NCBI GenBank assembly: GCA_011364965.1
Contig: RDOB01000003.1
Coordinates: 160,001 to 224,000 of the forward strand
Length of the DNA stretch: 64,000 nucleotides
Source of the DNA: Candidatus Heimdallarchaeota archaeon
GTDB taxonomy: Archaea > Asgardarchaeota > Heimdallarchaeia > Hodarchaeales > Hodarchaeaceae
Direction of reading: 5' to 3'
The notes beneath the pieces are model-generated. The model ran no database searches and had not been told where the DNA came from. It was given only the letters and a program-made list of their open reading frames with translations. This document shows, one piece after another, positions 29,797 to 39,320 of this stretch; positions within the stretch are counted from its first letter, which is position 1, and every line of letters begins with the position of its first letter. The position numbers and the translations under genes are program-made.

Positions 29797-32010
29797 TTAG
29801 TTTACAGATATGGAATTATTCCTGCCTTTATCTTCTTGAAGTTTTAATTCACGATCTAATTTTTTTCTCTCAGAGCGGATTTTCCACGCAGATGTTTCGG
29901 AGAATACAACAAGACCGACTAAAATAAGCATTTGGAGGATCAAATATGGATCATTTGTCCAGAGGTAGTTAATCACATACCCCAGAAGACATAGAAGAAA
30001 TATTCGACTTAAATTCCGGCCTATCAATGCAATTACATCTTTAGAATTACGGGCTATGATTGAATACCAATCAAGGATGTTTACAAAAATCAGTTGTACA
30101 GTAAGCATACCTAACGCGTACCATGTCCAAATAGTAAATCCACCAATTGTAAGAATTCCAGTATATCCAACTTGATCCCAGAACATCTCATGAAGGAAAG
30201 TTCCTGCTACATTAAATTGAAACAGAGGCACAGAGTATGATCCCTCTAGATTATTTGTTGTGAGAATAATTATAAAAGCTAGAATGGCCTCGTAGAACGA
30301 CAAAAATAGCATCTCAAATGTTAAAAAGATGGATTTAAGGAATAAAGATATCCCACGTCGAAATGCTGAAGGAGGTGCAGATTGTTGAACCACAATAGGT
30401 TTTTGAAGAATTTCAGGAGGAGGGTGCACTTCAATAGGGCGAGAATAAATTTTTGGAGGAGTCTTTGACATGGATTCTATATGAGGAGTAATCGATTCAG
30501 ACTCCGCTTTATGACGAGGAATAGAACGCATGATTTCTACTGGAAAGTTGAACTTGTCAGGTAAAGCGGAATCCTCAGTAGTGCCAAGTGAAAGAAGAGT
30601 ATAACCGAACAAGGAGCGTAACACATCTCCCCCGAATCTATTGGTGGCTATTTCAGCAATTATAAGCATAGTGATCAGAAGAATATATGCATAACTACGG
30701 CCGATTTGATCAGGGAGAAAAGCAGCAATTAACAAACCTTTCAGAGTTAATAATCTTATTAACCAAGTAATCAAGTCAGATTCGCTATTAAATAACGTAG
30801 GATCTAATGAATTATCTGCTTTATATCGATAATAGATAATTGATCCAATTGCAAAAGTCAATGCAATTAAAGAAAGAAAAATGAAAACACCAGCCTGAAT
30901 CTGAGTATAATCTTCAAAAGAAAACGCGTTAAAGTAGTGATAATGGGAATAAAGGGGGGATAAAAATGAAGGTAAGTACATCCACGGGTATATAAAAGTT
31001 GAGAGGAAAGTAACCAATAACACGAATCCTAATAGTTTTTCGGGTTTAGTTAACTGCTGATAATATGATTTAAAGGAACGGATTTGGGGTTGGGGAGTTG
31101 TATCAGAAACCTGCAATAATTTTGCACCCAAATTGGCAAATAACGGAGCAAGCTTTTCTGTCCAAAATTGGGAATAAAATCGCCTTTCAATAAGGACAAC
31201 AATTAACAGAAAGACGAGAGCGAAGAAAAGAGTATAATGGTGATAATAGTATAACGACATCTTTAGTATTATTGTAGTGATGGTCAAACGGGATATCCAA
31301 ATCAATACCAAATCATCTATTCTACGATTTGCATTTTGTTTGAGAAATAATCTTTCTTTTATTCGGTCAACAATATATCCTTCCCATCCAAAGAGGAGTA
31401 GAAGTAAAATGATTGAACTAATTGCAAGATTATAAGCCCAATTACTGACTTGATCAAAATCTATGACGTAAATATCACTAGAATAGAGCCAGGTATAAAA
31501 TTTATGCATTGAAAAAGGATCATATGTAATTAATGCTAGTAAAGCTAATCCCACAATCCATAGGAAAATCAATCGATAAGCAGTAAAAAGGGGTGATATT
31601 CGATATATGCTTATAAATTTGGATGCAGATTGGACTGTTCCCTCATCAGAATCCTCTTCCCTTTTTGAAGAAGAAAAAGCTTTTGAAACGGTCTTTCTGA
31701 GTGATGTTCCTATCTTCTGTTGGGATTTTGGAGAAAAACGTTCTAATGGTTCAGTAGAATCTAAATCATGATATTGCTCTCCAATTTCAGAAGGACTTCC
31801 GCATTCTTCAATCGCTTTTAAGACATCAGCATACTGAACCTTCTTCCCTCGACATAATTCCTCACTCCGCAAATATATAAAATCATTTATCTCATTGAGG
31901 AGCCCATCAATTTCATTGGGATGAAGTTGAGTATGTTTCCGTAAATATTCTTCCACACTATCAATATATGACCGAATAAAATTCTTCGCATCAATTTCGA
32001 AAGATTTCAT
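29797..32010 (-). CDS. HAAS-domain multi-pass membrane protein with three repeated TM modules
   Basis: N-terminal YIDSVEEYL…EI…AIEECGSPSEIG (HAAS/DUF1700-like); directly downstream of padR. Confidence 0.75.
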   Translation of the reverse strand: MKSFEIDAKNFIRSYIDSVEEYLRKHTQLHPNEIDGLLNEINDFIYLRSEELCRGKKVQYADVLKAIEECGSPSEIGEQYHDLDSTEPLERFSPKSQQKIGTSLRKTVSKAFSSSKREEDSDEGTVQSASKFISIYRISPLFTAYRLIFLWIVGLALLALITYDPFSMHKFYTWLYSSDIYVIDFDQVSNWAYNLAISSIILLLLLFGWEGYIVDRIKERLFLKQNANRRIDDLVLIWISRLTITTIILKMSLYYYHHYTLFFALVFLLIVVLIERRFYSQFWTEKLAPLFANLGAKLLQVSDTTPQPQIRSFKSYYQQLTKPEKLLGFVLLVTFLSTFIYPWMYLPSFLSPLYSHYHYFNAFSFEDYTQIQAGVFIFLSLIALTFAIGSIIYYRYKADNSLDPTLFNSESDLITWLIRLLTLKGLLIAAFLPDQIGRSYAYILLITMLIIAEIATNRFGGDVLRSLFGYTLLSLGTTEDSALPDKFNFPVEIMRSIPRHKAESESITPHIESMSKTPPKIYSRPIEVHPPPEILQKPIVVQQSAPPSAFRRGISLFLKSIFLTFEMLFLSFYEAILAFIIILTTNNLEGSYSVPLFQFNVAGTFLHEMFWDQVGYTGILTIGGFTIWTWYALGMLTVQLIFVNILDWYSIIARNSKDVIALIGRNLSRIFLLCLLGYVINYLWTNDPYLILQMLILVGLVVFSETSAWKIRSERKKLDRELKLQEDKGRNNSISVN

Positions 32011-32023
32011 TTATTAACAACCT

Positions 32024-32431
32024 TCATTTTTTCTTTTGATCGGTAATTTCTTGGTACCAATTATATACAAACGAATGATAATCAAAGTATGTATCAATCA
32101 TCTCCTCGATCATATCTTCACCTTTCAAAGTAATAGTATAAATTCTCCGGGGTAAACCAGGAGAATCATTATCATCAGCAAGGATTGAAGAAATTAATCC
32201 ATCCTTTTCCAACCGACTTAATAAGGGATAGATAGTCCCAGCTTTTAATTCAATACCAGTCTCTCGAATGAGTTTGATAAGACCATATCCATGAGCTTCT
32301 TCTGTACGTAAGCGAATTAACATCAGTATCATTAGCTGAAGAAGCCCACGTCGAAGATCACGTTCCCAACTTTTAGTGATAGCAGATCTAGGACGAGGGT
32401 TTGTCATAGTTCGATTTTTGTCTTCAGACAT
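32024..32431 (-). CDS. PadR-family transcriptional regulator
   Basis: LRRGLL.LMIL, HGYGL, GTIYPLLSRLEKDGLI, PRRIYTIT.KG. Confidence 0.95.
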   Translation of the reverse strand: MSEDKNRTMTNPRPRSAITKSWERDLRRGLLQLMILMLIRLRTEEAHGYGLIKLIRETGIELKAGTIYPLLSRLEKDGLISSILADDNDSPGLPRRIYTITLKGEDMIEEMIDTYFDYHSFVYNWYQEITDQKKK

Positions 32432-32516
32432 GGGATTCCTAGCCTATGTTGGAATTCGATTGGAATGTATGTGAGTTACGAGGAGATATTATATGTTTCA
32501 AACGCTGTTAGTGCAC

Positions 32517-32555
32517 CTATATATCGGTATACATTATATAGTTGTGCTTTATAAA
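32517..32555 (-). promoter_or_regulatory. padR promoter: TATA (TTTATAAA, 32548-32555) followed by CTATATA-N11-TATATAG inverted repeat (putative operator)
   Basis: Inverted repeat at 32517-32541 lies just downstream of the TATA box on the minus strand. Confidence 0.5.
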
Positions 32556-32631
32556 TTGCACGATTCATCCATCTATAACGGATGTAATGCATATCATTTG
32601 ACGAATGGTCAGCGATGGGACTAACATTGGA

Positions 32632-33735
32632 CTAGGGATTAAAAGAGACGACCTTATAGGGAGGGAGGAACGCAAAATATTTCTGAATAATGCCATCCGC
32701 TTTCGCAAATTGGCTTATTTCGCCCGAATCTAGCGTGGGGCCAAAAAGCTGCACAAATTCTCTTGTAAATTCTTTCAATGCTGACTGAATTAATTTGGAT
32801 GACCGATCTGCTATCAAAAATCCCACTACATTTTGACAAGCTTCGAAAATAAAGAGATAGTTATCAGTTTGAATGTATCTGATCCGCTCTGCGTCTGAGA
32901 TGACATTTTGGACAAATTGAAGGTTAGCAGTCATCAGATGAGGAATAAGGGTATTACTATCAGGACCCAGTTTTTTCGCTTCGAAAAGAACATCAAAAAT
33001 CGATAACCCTAGATTCATGTTCATAACAGACAAGCGGTAAACATTGAAAGGCACCATTCGCAAAACGCGCTCATCCCGGATAATTGAAACTAAAGCTAGC
33101 AAGACTCCGAGAGCAATTGTAAACATTTCTATCCCCCAGATAGCTAATGAGATTTTTGATGCTATTAAAAACGCAGGGCCTAATATTGGCAACAAACAAC
33201 CGACAAAGAGTAACAATGAAGATTTCAAGAGCTCAGAACGAATGAATGGAATAAATTGAAGTATTTGATAACTTACGACCACCCCTGCTAGGAATAGATC
33301 TACTCCAAAAACTATCCGAGAAAAATCTGCTAAATATGGACCAATTACTGGATCCCACCAGACCGTATCTGGTATAAAAGCTAAGACAATTCCATTCCCT
33401 GCTCCTAAAGCTGCAAGAATTAAGATTGAATTTGATGGCTTTTCGAATCGCAATGCTTCTAAGAAGAAGATTAAGGTACAGACTATCAAGCATAGAAAGA
33501 GAATGGACGTACGAAAAATGAAATCCATTTGTACGGGATAATTTGTTCCAATTAAATATAAAATGGCATGAGAAAGGAAAAAAGGCACTAAAAAAATATG
33601 TATTAGTATCAGGTAGACTAATGGAAGGGATTTAATCTTTCTGTATACTCGTAATGCAAAAAAAAGGTCAATAAGAGTTAATCCTAATGAGACCAAGGCA
33701 ATAGCTGTATATTGGAACTCATTAGGTGAAAGCAT
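32632..33735 (-). CDS. Seven-TM membrane protein fused to a C-terminal longin/roadblock-like domain
   Basis: 7 hydrophobic helices, then LSVMN..GLSIF / LI..LMTAN.QF / I.TD.Y.F.F / GFLIAD / L.EF..EF..LF…G…F pattern. Confidence 0.75.
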   Translation of the reverse strand: MLSPNEFQYTAIALVSLGLTLIDLFFALRVYRKIKSLPLVYLILIHIFLVPFFLSHAILYLIGTNYPVQMDFIFRTSILFLCLIVCTLIFFLEALRFEKPSNSILILAALGAGNGIVLAFIPDTVWWDPVIGPYLADFSRIVFGVDLFLAGVVVSYQILQFIPFIRSELLKSSLLLFVGCLLPILGPAFLIASKISLAIWGIEMFTIALGVLLALVSIIRDERVLRMVPFNVYRLSVMNMNLGLSIFDVLFEAKKLGPDSNTLIPHLMTANLQFVQNVISDAERIRYIQTDNYLFIFEACQNVVGFLIADRSSKLIQSALKEFTREFVQLFGPTLDSGEISQFAKADGIIQKYFAFLPPYKVVSFNP

Positions 33736-34067
33736 GTGAAAAACTATGAGTGCTTCTCTATTTAAGATTTCGATTTACATTATTGATGCAATTTAATTAA
33801 GATAAACCGTATAAAATAAGATTTCTTACCTTAAAAGGCCAATTTTTGGTCTGAAAAAATCAGAAGCTAGATTTCTAATGGCATCGATAGAATCCAAACC
33901 AGAATTAAAGCTATTATTATCAATTGAAGCATTTAAAGGGATAGATTCAATGATATTGGAAGTTGAGTTGTAGTTCTATTCCGTAATAATAATTCTCTTA
34001 AATAAAAAATTTTATTTGAATTACAAAGAATATACTTGAATTTTTAATTGTGAGGAAGTAAATAAAT

Positions 34068-34316
34068 ATGTCTTATTGTCCAAATTGCGGTACTGAAGTA
34101 GGAGGAGCAAAATTTTGTCCAAACTGTGGAGCTGCTCAAGGAAGTTTTGAAGGTTCAGGGCCAAGAGGCGCCACTAGAGAACCACAACATGTATATGTTT
34201 CTACTCGTCATCAATATGATGATGGGATTTGTTTACTACTTTGCTGTTGTTTGAGTCCAGTAGCTGCTATTATCTACTACTTGCTAGCAGAACATCCCGA
34301 TCAACGTTATGATTAA
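34068..34316 (+). CDS. Zinc-ribbon protein with a Cys-rich C-terminal TM segment
   Basis: CPNCG…FCPNCG ribbon; GICLLLCCCLSPVAAIIYYLL; GAGG SD. Confidence 0.8.
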   Translation: MSYCPNCGTEVGGAKFCPNCGAAQGSFEGSGPRGATREPQHVYVSTRHQYDDGICLLLCCCLSPVAAIIYYLLAEHPDQRYD

Positions 34317-34354
34317 TAATAATTAGTACATTTTATCATTTAGTACTGAAAATT

Positions 34355-34888
34355 ATGGCAAATACAAAACTCAATAGACTTAAGGGGTTCATTCGCTATT
34401 CTCTAGCGCATCACCCAATTTGCTGGCAGTATAGAAATCATCTAATTAAATTTAAAGGATGGTACTTTTGCTTAGGATGCACAGGGTTCTATAGCGGCTT
34501 TCTCGCTGGTATAGTTCTGATCTTTGGAGGTTTATTTAGTAAGATTTCTTGGATAAATCTCATCTTCATCGCAATCATCTTTTGGATTCCCACTATACTC
34601 AGATTAGTAAATATTAAGTATTTCAACACCCCTAAAAGGTCACTAAGACTAATTTTTCGTTTTCTATTAGGAATAGGTATTGCTTTAGGTATTTATTCTA
34701 TTTTTTTTGCTCCTACACCTCTCTTACAAATTATTCAGATATTAATTGGCCTTCTATTCTATGGTATTATCACTGTATATCGCGTAAGGAATGGCCCCCA
34801 AGAATGGAATCGCCTTTGTGAAACATGTACATTTACAAGGAACAAATCTTGCCCAGGTTTGAGTCCATTATTTATTTGGAGAACTTAA
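34355..34888 (+). CDS. DUF2085-like membrane protein with His/Cys metal-binding motifs
   Basis: HHPIC..H…FCLGCTGFY.G, 4 TMs, C-terminal CETC…CPG. Confidence 0.65.
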   Translation: MANTKLNRLKGFIRYSLAHHPICWQYRNHLIKFKGWYFCLGCTGFYSGFLAGIVLIFGGLFSKISWINLIFIAIIFWIPTILRLVNIKYFNTPKRSLRLIFRFLLGIGIALGIYSIFFAPTPLLQIIQILIGLLFYGIITVYRVRNGPQEWNRLCETCTFTRNKSCPGLSPLFIWRT

Positions 34889-35287
34889 AATTACACAAAT
34901 TAGTCAGCTTTCTGCTTTCGGTTCCCAATAACTCTAAAAATTTTGGAATTAATTTTGAAAGATGAACTCCTCCTAAAATTTAATCTAAGACTATAATGTA
35001 TAAATGGAAAATTGTTCATTTTATCCCTACGATTATATGTCAATAAATCCACTTTGGTTTCATTTTCATCATAAATGCTTCTAATTCCTAAAAAAGAACG
35101 AAATATGGCTTTTCCGCCTTTTAGATAAACATTTAAATACTAATATTTTGTTTTCTAAGCAGGGAATATTTAGAAATCTATAATCAAGAGAAAAGACTTG
35201 ATGTAAAATAATATAGACATCTGTCTTCAAAATATCTAAAAGTACCAAAAATAAGGAAAATATATCGTAAAAGAGCTTGAAATCGAA

Positions 35288-36355
35288 ATGAGTAGGAATT
35301 CTCGTAAAAAATCCCCAAATAAGACAATTACTGAAATTGATTCGACTCTAAAAGAGCCGTTAGATATTGTTAGAGATGTAAAGACTGATACGAGACTGGT
35401 TAAACTCCAAAAGATGGTCGGACGTACGACTTTCACCGAATCCAGAAATCTAGCTACATTAATCCCCTGTGAACGATTATACTTAAAATTTGAAGGAAAT
35501 AATCCAACTGGAACCCAAAAGGATCGTATAGCGGTAGCTCTTGCTAACAGCTGTGCTAAACTTCCATATGGAGGAATTACAACTGCTTCATGTGGCAATT
35601 TCGGAGCTGCAATCGCATATGCCTCGAATTATTATCGCATTCCCGAGATTCACATTTTTATCCCTCGAAATTATCATGTTCCCAAAAGTAGATTGAAGAT
35701 TATCAATGATAGTAATGCAATTATCCACTTGGTAGATGGAACTTACGAAGAAGCGGTGATATTATCCTCTACCATGGCACGAGAGAACAATTGGTTTGAT
35801 GCAAATCCAGGAATGAACGGTACATCGGAAATAAGTATTAACGCTTATGCTGAAATAGCTTTTGAGATAATTAGTGACTTACGTCGGGCACCTGATTATG
35901 TTCTATGTCCAGTTGGAAATGGTACCACTATTGCAGGCATTCATCTTGGATTCAAGAAACTTTTTGATTCTAAAAGAATTCCAAAACTCCCTAAAATGGT
36001 TGCATGTAGCACTAGACGTGGAAATCCAATAGTAAAATCGTATAAAATGAAAAGTCGAATTATAAAAGACCTGACACCACAAGACATTGTAGAGACCAAA
36101 ATTAACGAACCTCTCACCAATTGGCATTCGTTTGATGGACAAGAGGCTTTAGATGCTTTATATGAATCCGGAGGTTTCGCTGAAACTGCTAGTGAAACAA
36201 AGATGCTTGAATTTACTCGTAGTCTTAGAATTGAAGAAGGATTGAATGTACATCCCGCTTCTGCTTGTACACTTGCGGTATTAGCTAAAACCACTAGTAA
36301 TAATGTAATGCTGAAAGGTACATTTATATGCATCCTAACTTCAAGATATACTTGA
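35288..36355 (+). CDS. Fold-type II PLP enzyme (threonine synthase-like)
   Basis: LYLKFEGNNPTGTQKDR, ASCGNFGAAIA, PVGNGTT, EGL…PASA. Confidence 0.9.
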   Translation: MSRNSRKKSPNKTITEIDSTLKEPLDIVRDVKTDTRLVKLQKMVGRTTFTESRNLATLIPCERLYLKFEGNNPTGTQKDRIAVALANSCAKLPYGGITTASCGNFGAAIAYASNYYRIPEIHIFIPRNYHVPKSRLKIINDSNAIIHLVDGTYEEAVILSSTMARENNWFDANPGMNGTSEISINAYAEIAFEIISDLRRAPDYVLCPVGNGTTIAGIHLGFKKLFDSKRIPKLPKMVACSTRRGNPIVKSYKMKSRIIKDLTPQDIVETKINEPLTNWHSFDGQEALDALYESGGFAETASETKMLEFTRSLRIEEGLNVHPASACTLAVLAKTTSNNVMLKGTFICILTSRYT

Positions 36356-36456
36356 AATCTCGAATCAAAGACAGTAATTCTTTCCTTTAACTGTCTAATA
36401 AACAAATAATTGGAAAGAATCTCTCAGTTTTTACTCTACTTCATTAACAAAGAAAA

Positions 36457-37602
36457 TCAATTAAACCTAAATTCCTTTTTCTTTACAGTAATTTTTTCTA
36501 TTCTCTCAAGATCCAGTTCAATCCCAAGTCCTACGCTATTTTGAGGAACATTAACCATCCCATTTATAGACTGAATTGGAGGATCAATAATATCTTGTAA
36601 AAATAATGTGTCGCTACCACTAGAATCACTAGGATAATTGTATTCATCTTGTGCCTCTAAAAATAAGTTAACCATTCCACCAATACCAGTTTCGAGCATA
36701 CCTCCTCCCCAGCAACCAATTTGATTTTCAGAACAAAATTTGGCAATCTTTACTGCATCTGCTATCCCACCAACTCGGGTTACTTTAATATTAATACATT
36801 GACATGATTTTATATGATATGCCCGTTTTGTGTCAGCGAATGATGTGATCGATTCATCTAAGCATATTGGTGTCTTTAATTCCTTTTGTAATCTACTATG
36901 ATTCACGAGATCATTAAAGGCAAGTGGTTGCTCTATCATCATCAAATTGAATTGGTCTAATTTTTTAAGGTGATTCATATCTTCTATAGTATATCCACCA
37001 TTTGCGTCAACCATTAAAGGTAAATTATCACCATATTCTTTTCTTAATGCTTCTAGAGGTATAGTATCCCAGCTATATGGCTTAATTTTAATTTTAATTC
37101 TTTTATAACCAGCATTCATTGAATCCGTAACTTCTTCAAATAATTGATTTATATCGTTGTTATTTGGAATTCCCAAACTGATTCCCACAGGAACACTCGT
37201 TCTTTTACTTCCAATAAGCTTCCCCAAAGAACAATTTTGCTGTTCGGCCTTTAATACCCAATAAGCCATTCCAAATCCACCTTTAGTGATGGGATGGCCA
37301 CGAATAGGATGAAAAATTTGTTGAAATTTAATAGGATCGGTTAATTCTCTGCTTTTTACCTTTTTTTTTAGTAAAGGTAACATAAAATCATTTAAAATAT
37401 GCCATCCTGTCATAGTTGTTTCATAACAATAAGAAGGATCATATGTTAATGGTATTTCTCCCCATCCAGATAAGCCTTCCTCATCGATAAGCTCCACTAA
37501 AATAGATTCATTATGAGTTTGTACGCCAAAACTCATATAAAATGGTTCAATTAAAGGTAAACGTACCTCACGTAAAATGACCTTGTTTAACATCAATACC
37601 AC
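36457..37602 (-). CDS. Enolase-superfamily OSBS / N-succinylamino-acid racemase (NSAR-type MenC)
   Basis: YCYET, KIKIKP, MVDANG, EQPL, CLDES, NIK..RVGG, GGMLETGIG; no other men genes in the window. Confidence 0.88.
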   Translation of the reverse strand: MVLMLNKVILREVRLPLIEPFYMSFGVQTHNESILVELIDEEGLSGWGEIPLTYDPSYCYETTMTGWHILNDFMLPLLKKKVKSRELTDPIKFQQIFHPIRGHPITKGGFGMAYWVLKAEQQNCSLGKLIGSKRTSVPVGISLGIPNNNDINQLFEEVTDSMNAGYKRIKIKIKPYSWDTIPLEALRKEYGDNLPLMVDANGGYTIEDMNHLKKLDQFNLMMIEQPLAFNDLVNHSRLQKELKTPICLDESITSFADTKRAYHIKSCQCINIKVTRVGGIADAVKIAKFCSENQIGCWGGGMLETGIGGMVNLFLEAQDEYNYPSDSSGSDTLFLQDIIDPPIQSINGMVNVPQNSVGLGIELDLERIEKITVKKKEFRFN

Positions 37603-37678
37603 AACTTACGAATAGTAAATAATTTTAAAAAGTTTTAGATTTCTTTCTAAATAGATAAACATAACTGGGCAGATTATT

Positions 37679-38734
37679 TTGGAAAACTATTTAGATTCTA
37701 AGAAATTTAAGGGCACAATTTTGGCGAAAAAAAATGATGAAATAGTTTTTGCTCGAGCAACAGGTTTTGCTAACTTATCTTTTCATGTTCCAAACAACAT
37801 GGAAACTATATATGGTATTGCTTCTATTGGGAAGTTACTCACCGCTATAGGTATTTTATTTTTATTAAAAGAAAAAAATATGAGAACAACTGACGCCATA
37901 TATCCATATTTAGAGATGCTTGATGCTGATATACCGAAACCATTAACTTTTCACCATTTACTGACACATACAAGTGGAGTCGAACGTTATTACACAATCG
38001 ATCCATATTTCCACGACCAGACATCTGGGAACCAAGATCAATGGAAAACATTCTGGAAAAAACACCCTAATTTCTTATTACAAACACCAATTGATTATCT
38101 CCCTTACTTAAATGATGTAGATTTCTTTTATCCAATTGGTGAGACTTTTTACTATACCAATACATCTTATATTTTACTTGGTATTCTAATTCAAGTCCTA
38201 AGTGGGCAAACATATAGTGAATATGTAACACACCGAGTAATAAAGAGGCTTAAATTAGAAAGAACCTTGTTTTTGGCTTTTGATGAAGTATATGAAAATG
38301 TTGCAGAAGGATATACACCCTTTTATCATCAAGGGATTATTAAAGGGTGGAAAAAGAACATTTATCGATTACCTATTGTTGGTTCGGCAGATGGTGGGAT
38401 TTTTAGTAATGTTTATGATTTAGATAAATTAATCAGTGAACTAAGAAATAAAAATGGCATACTATCTGATATTACCTATGATATTCTCCATCCCCACGTT
38501 CTAATGAAAAATGAGGAATCATGGAAATCCTTTTATGGTTATGGAATTACTATGATGTATCATGAAGGGGAGCTCTTTCGATATGGATTAGCAGGAGGGG
38601 ATTTTGGAGTGGCTGCTGGAGCTTATTATTACCCTAAAGAGCAATTATCTATAATTATATTATCTAATTATAATACGAGTGATGATAATTGGATGTTTAA
38701 CAAGGAATTTCATATGCAGTTCTTAGATCTTTAG
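37679..38734 (+). CDS. Serine hydrolase, beta-lactamase class C / D-peptidase family
   Basis: ASIGK (SxxK), LLTHTSG, YYTN (YxN), ADGG; the usual H(T/G)G triad reads LAG; no signal peptide. Confidence 0.88.
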   Translation: MENYLDSKKFKGTILAKKNDEIVFARATGFANLSFHVPNNMETIYGIASIGKLLTAIGILFLLKEKNMRTTDAIYPYLEMLDADIPKPLTFHHLLTHTSGVERYYTIDPYFHDQTSGNQDQWKTFWKKHPNFLLQTPIDYLPYLNDVDFFYPIGETFYYTNTSYILLGILIQVLSGQTYSEYVTHRVIKRLKLERTLFLAFDEVYENVAEGYTPFYHQGIIKGWKKNIYRLPIVGSADGGIFSNVYDLDKLISELRNKNGILSDITYDILHPHVLMKNEESWKSFYGYGITMMYHEGELFRYGLAGGDFGVAAGAYYYPKEQLSIIILSNYNTSDDNWMFNKEFHMQFLDL

Positions 38735-39252
38735 AATCGACATTCCATTGTAATATCCCCTTTTTCATCTTCATTGATAACCTTAAATCCAAATTTCTCG
38801 TAATAGGTTTTCAGTAATATCCCACGTTCTGTAGATAATTCAGTATCCAATTTAATCCCCGTAAATCCATTCATTTTTGTCCAATTAATAAGATATTTCA
38901 TAATCGAGGCACCAATCCCTTTTTTAGCAATGATTGTAGCGATTGTATCAAGGTAGAATAGATTAGAGTCACTATTAGGTTCTCTATAACCTAGCAGAAC
39001 CGCAATAGGATCTCTTCCCTTTATAACAAAAAAAAATAATCTTTTTGAATATTGAAACCTAGTTTGAAGCTCTTCTTTTGTATAGCGTAAATCCTCTCTG
39101 AAATCAGCTCTCTCAATGTTAAAATACCAGTTCATAAATTTCTTTGTCAAACGATCGGGAAAAATTAGTTTCATTGGAGTTTGTAGCTTTTCCTGCAGCT
39201 CTATTTCTAAATTCTTCCAATAAGAAGGATTAATGTTTGTCATCTTGATCAT
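38731..39252 (-). CDS. GNAT-family acyltransferase
   Basis: FYLDTIA…KKGIGASIM (motif A), YYEKFGF. Confidence 0.88.
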   Translation of the reverse strand: MIKMTNINPSYWKNLEIELQEKLQTPMKLIFPDRLTKKFMNWYFNIERADFREDLRYTKEELQTRFQYSKRLFFFVIKGRDPIAVLLGYREPNSDSNLFYLDTIATIIAKKGIGASIMKYLINWTKMNGFTGIKLDTELSTERGILLKTYYEKFGFKVINEDEKGDITMECRF

Positions 39253-39320
39253 TTAAATAAGATTATTTTAAAAAATTCATATAAAACCATATTAAATTGA
39301 AATCTGAATTTAAAGGATTA

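Noticed and set aside
32632-33735. Rhodopsin or bona fide GPCR call for the 7TM protein
   Set aside because: No retinal-binding Lys motif in TM7 and no GPCR signature motifs; helix count alone is insufficient
35941-36405. 154-aa antisense ORF, and similar ones at 2175, 3383, 19439, 21031, 28205, 35236, 57084
   Set aside because: They lie antisense to well-supported genes and have no recognisable motifs or RBS
36457-37602. menC as evidence of menaquinone synthesis
   Set aside because: No other men genes nearby; this subfamily is often a racemase, so no symbol was assigned
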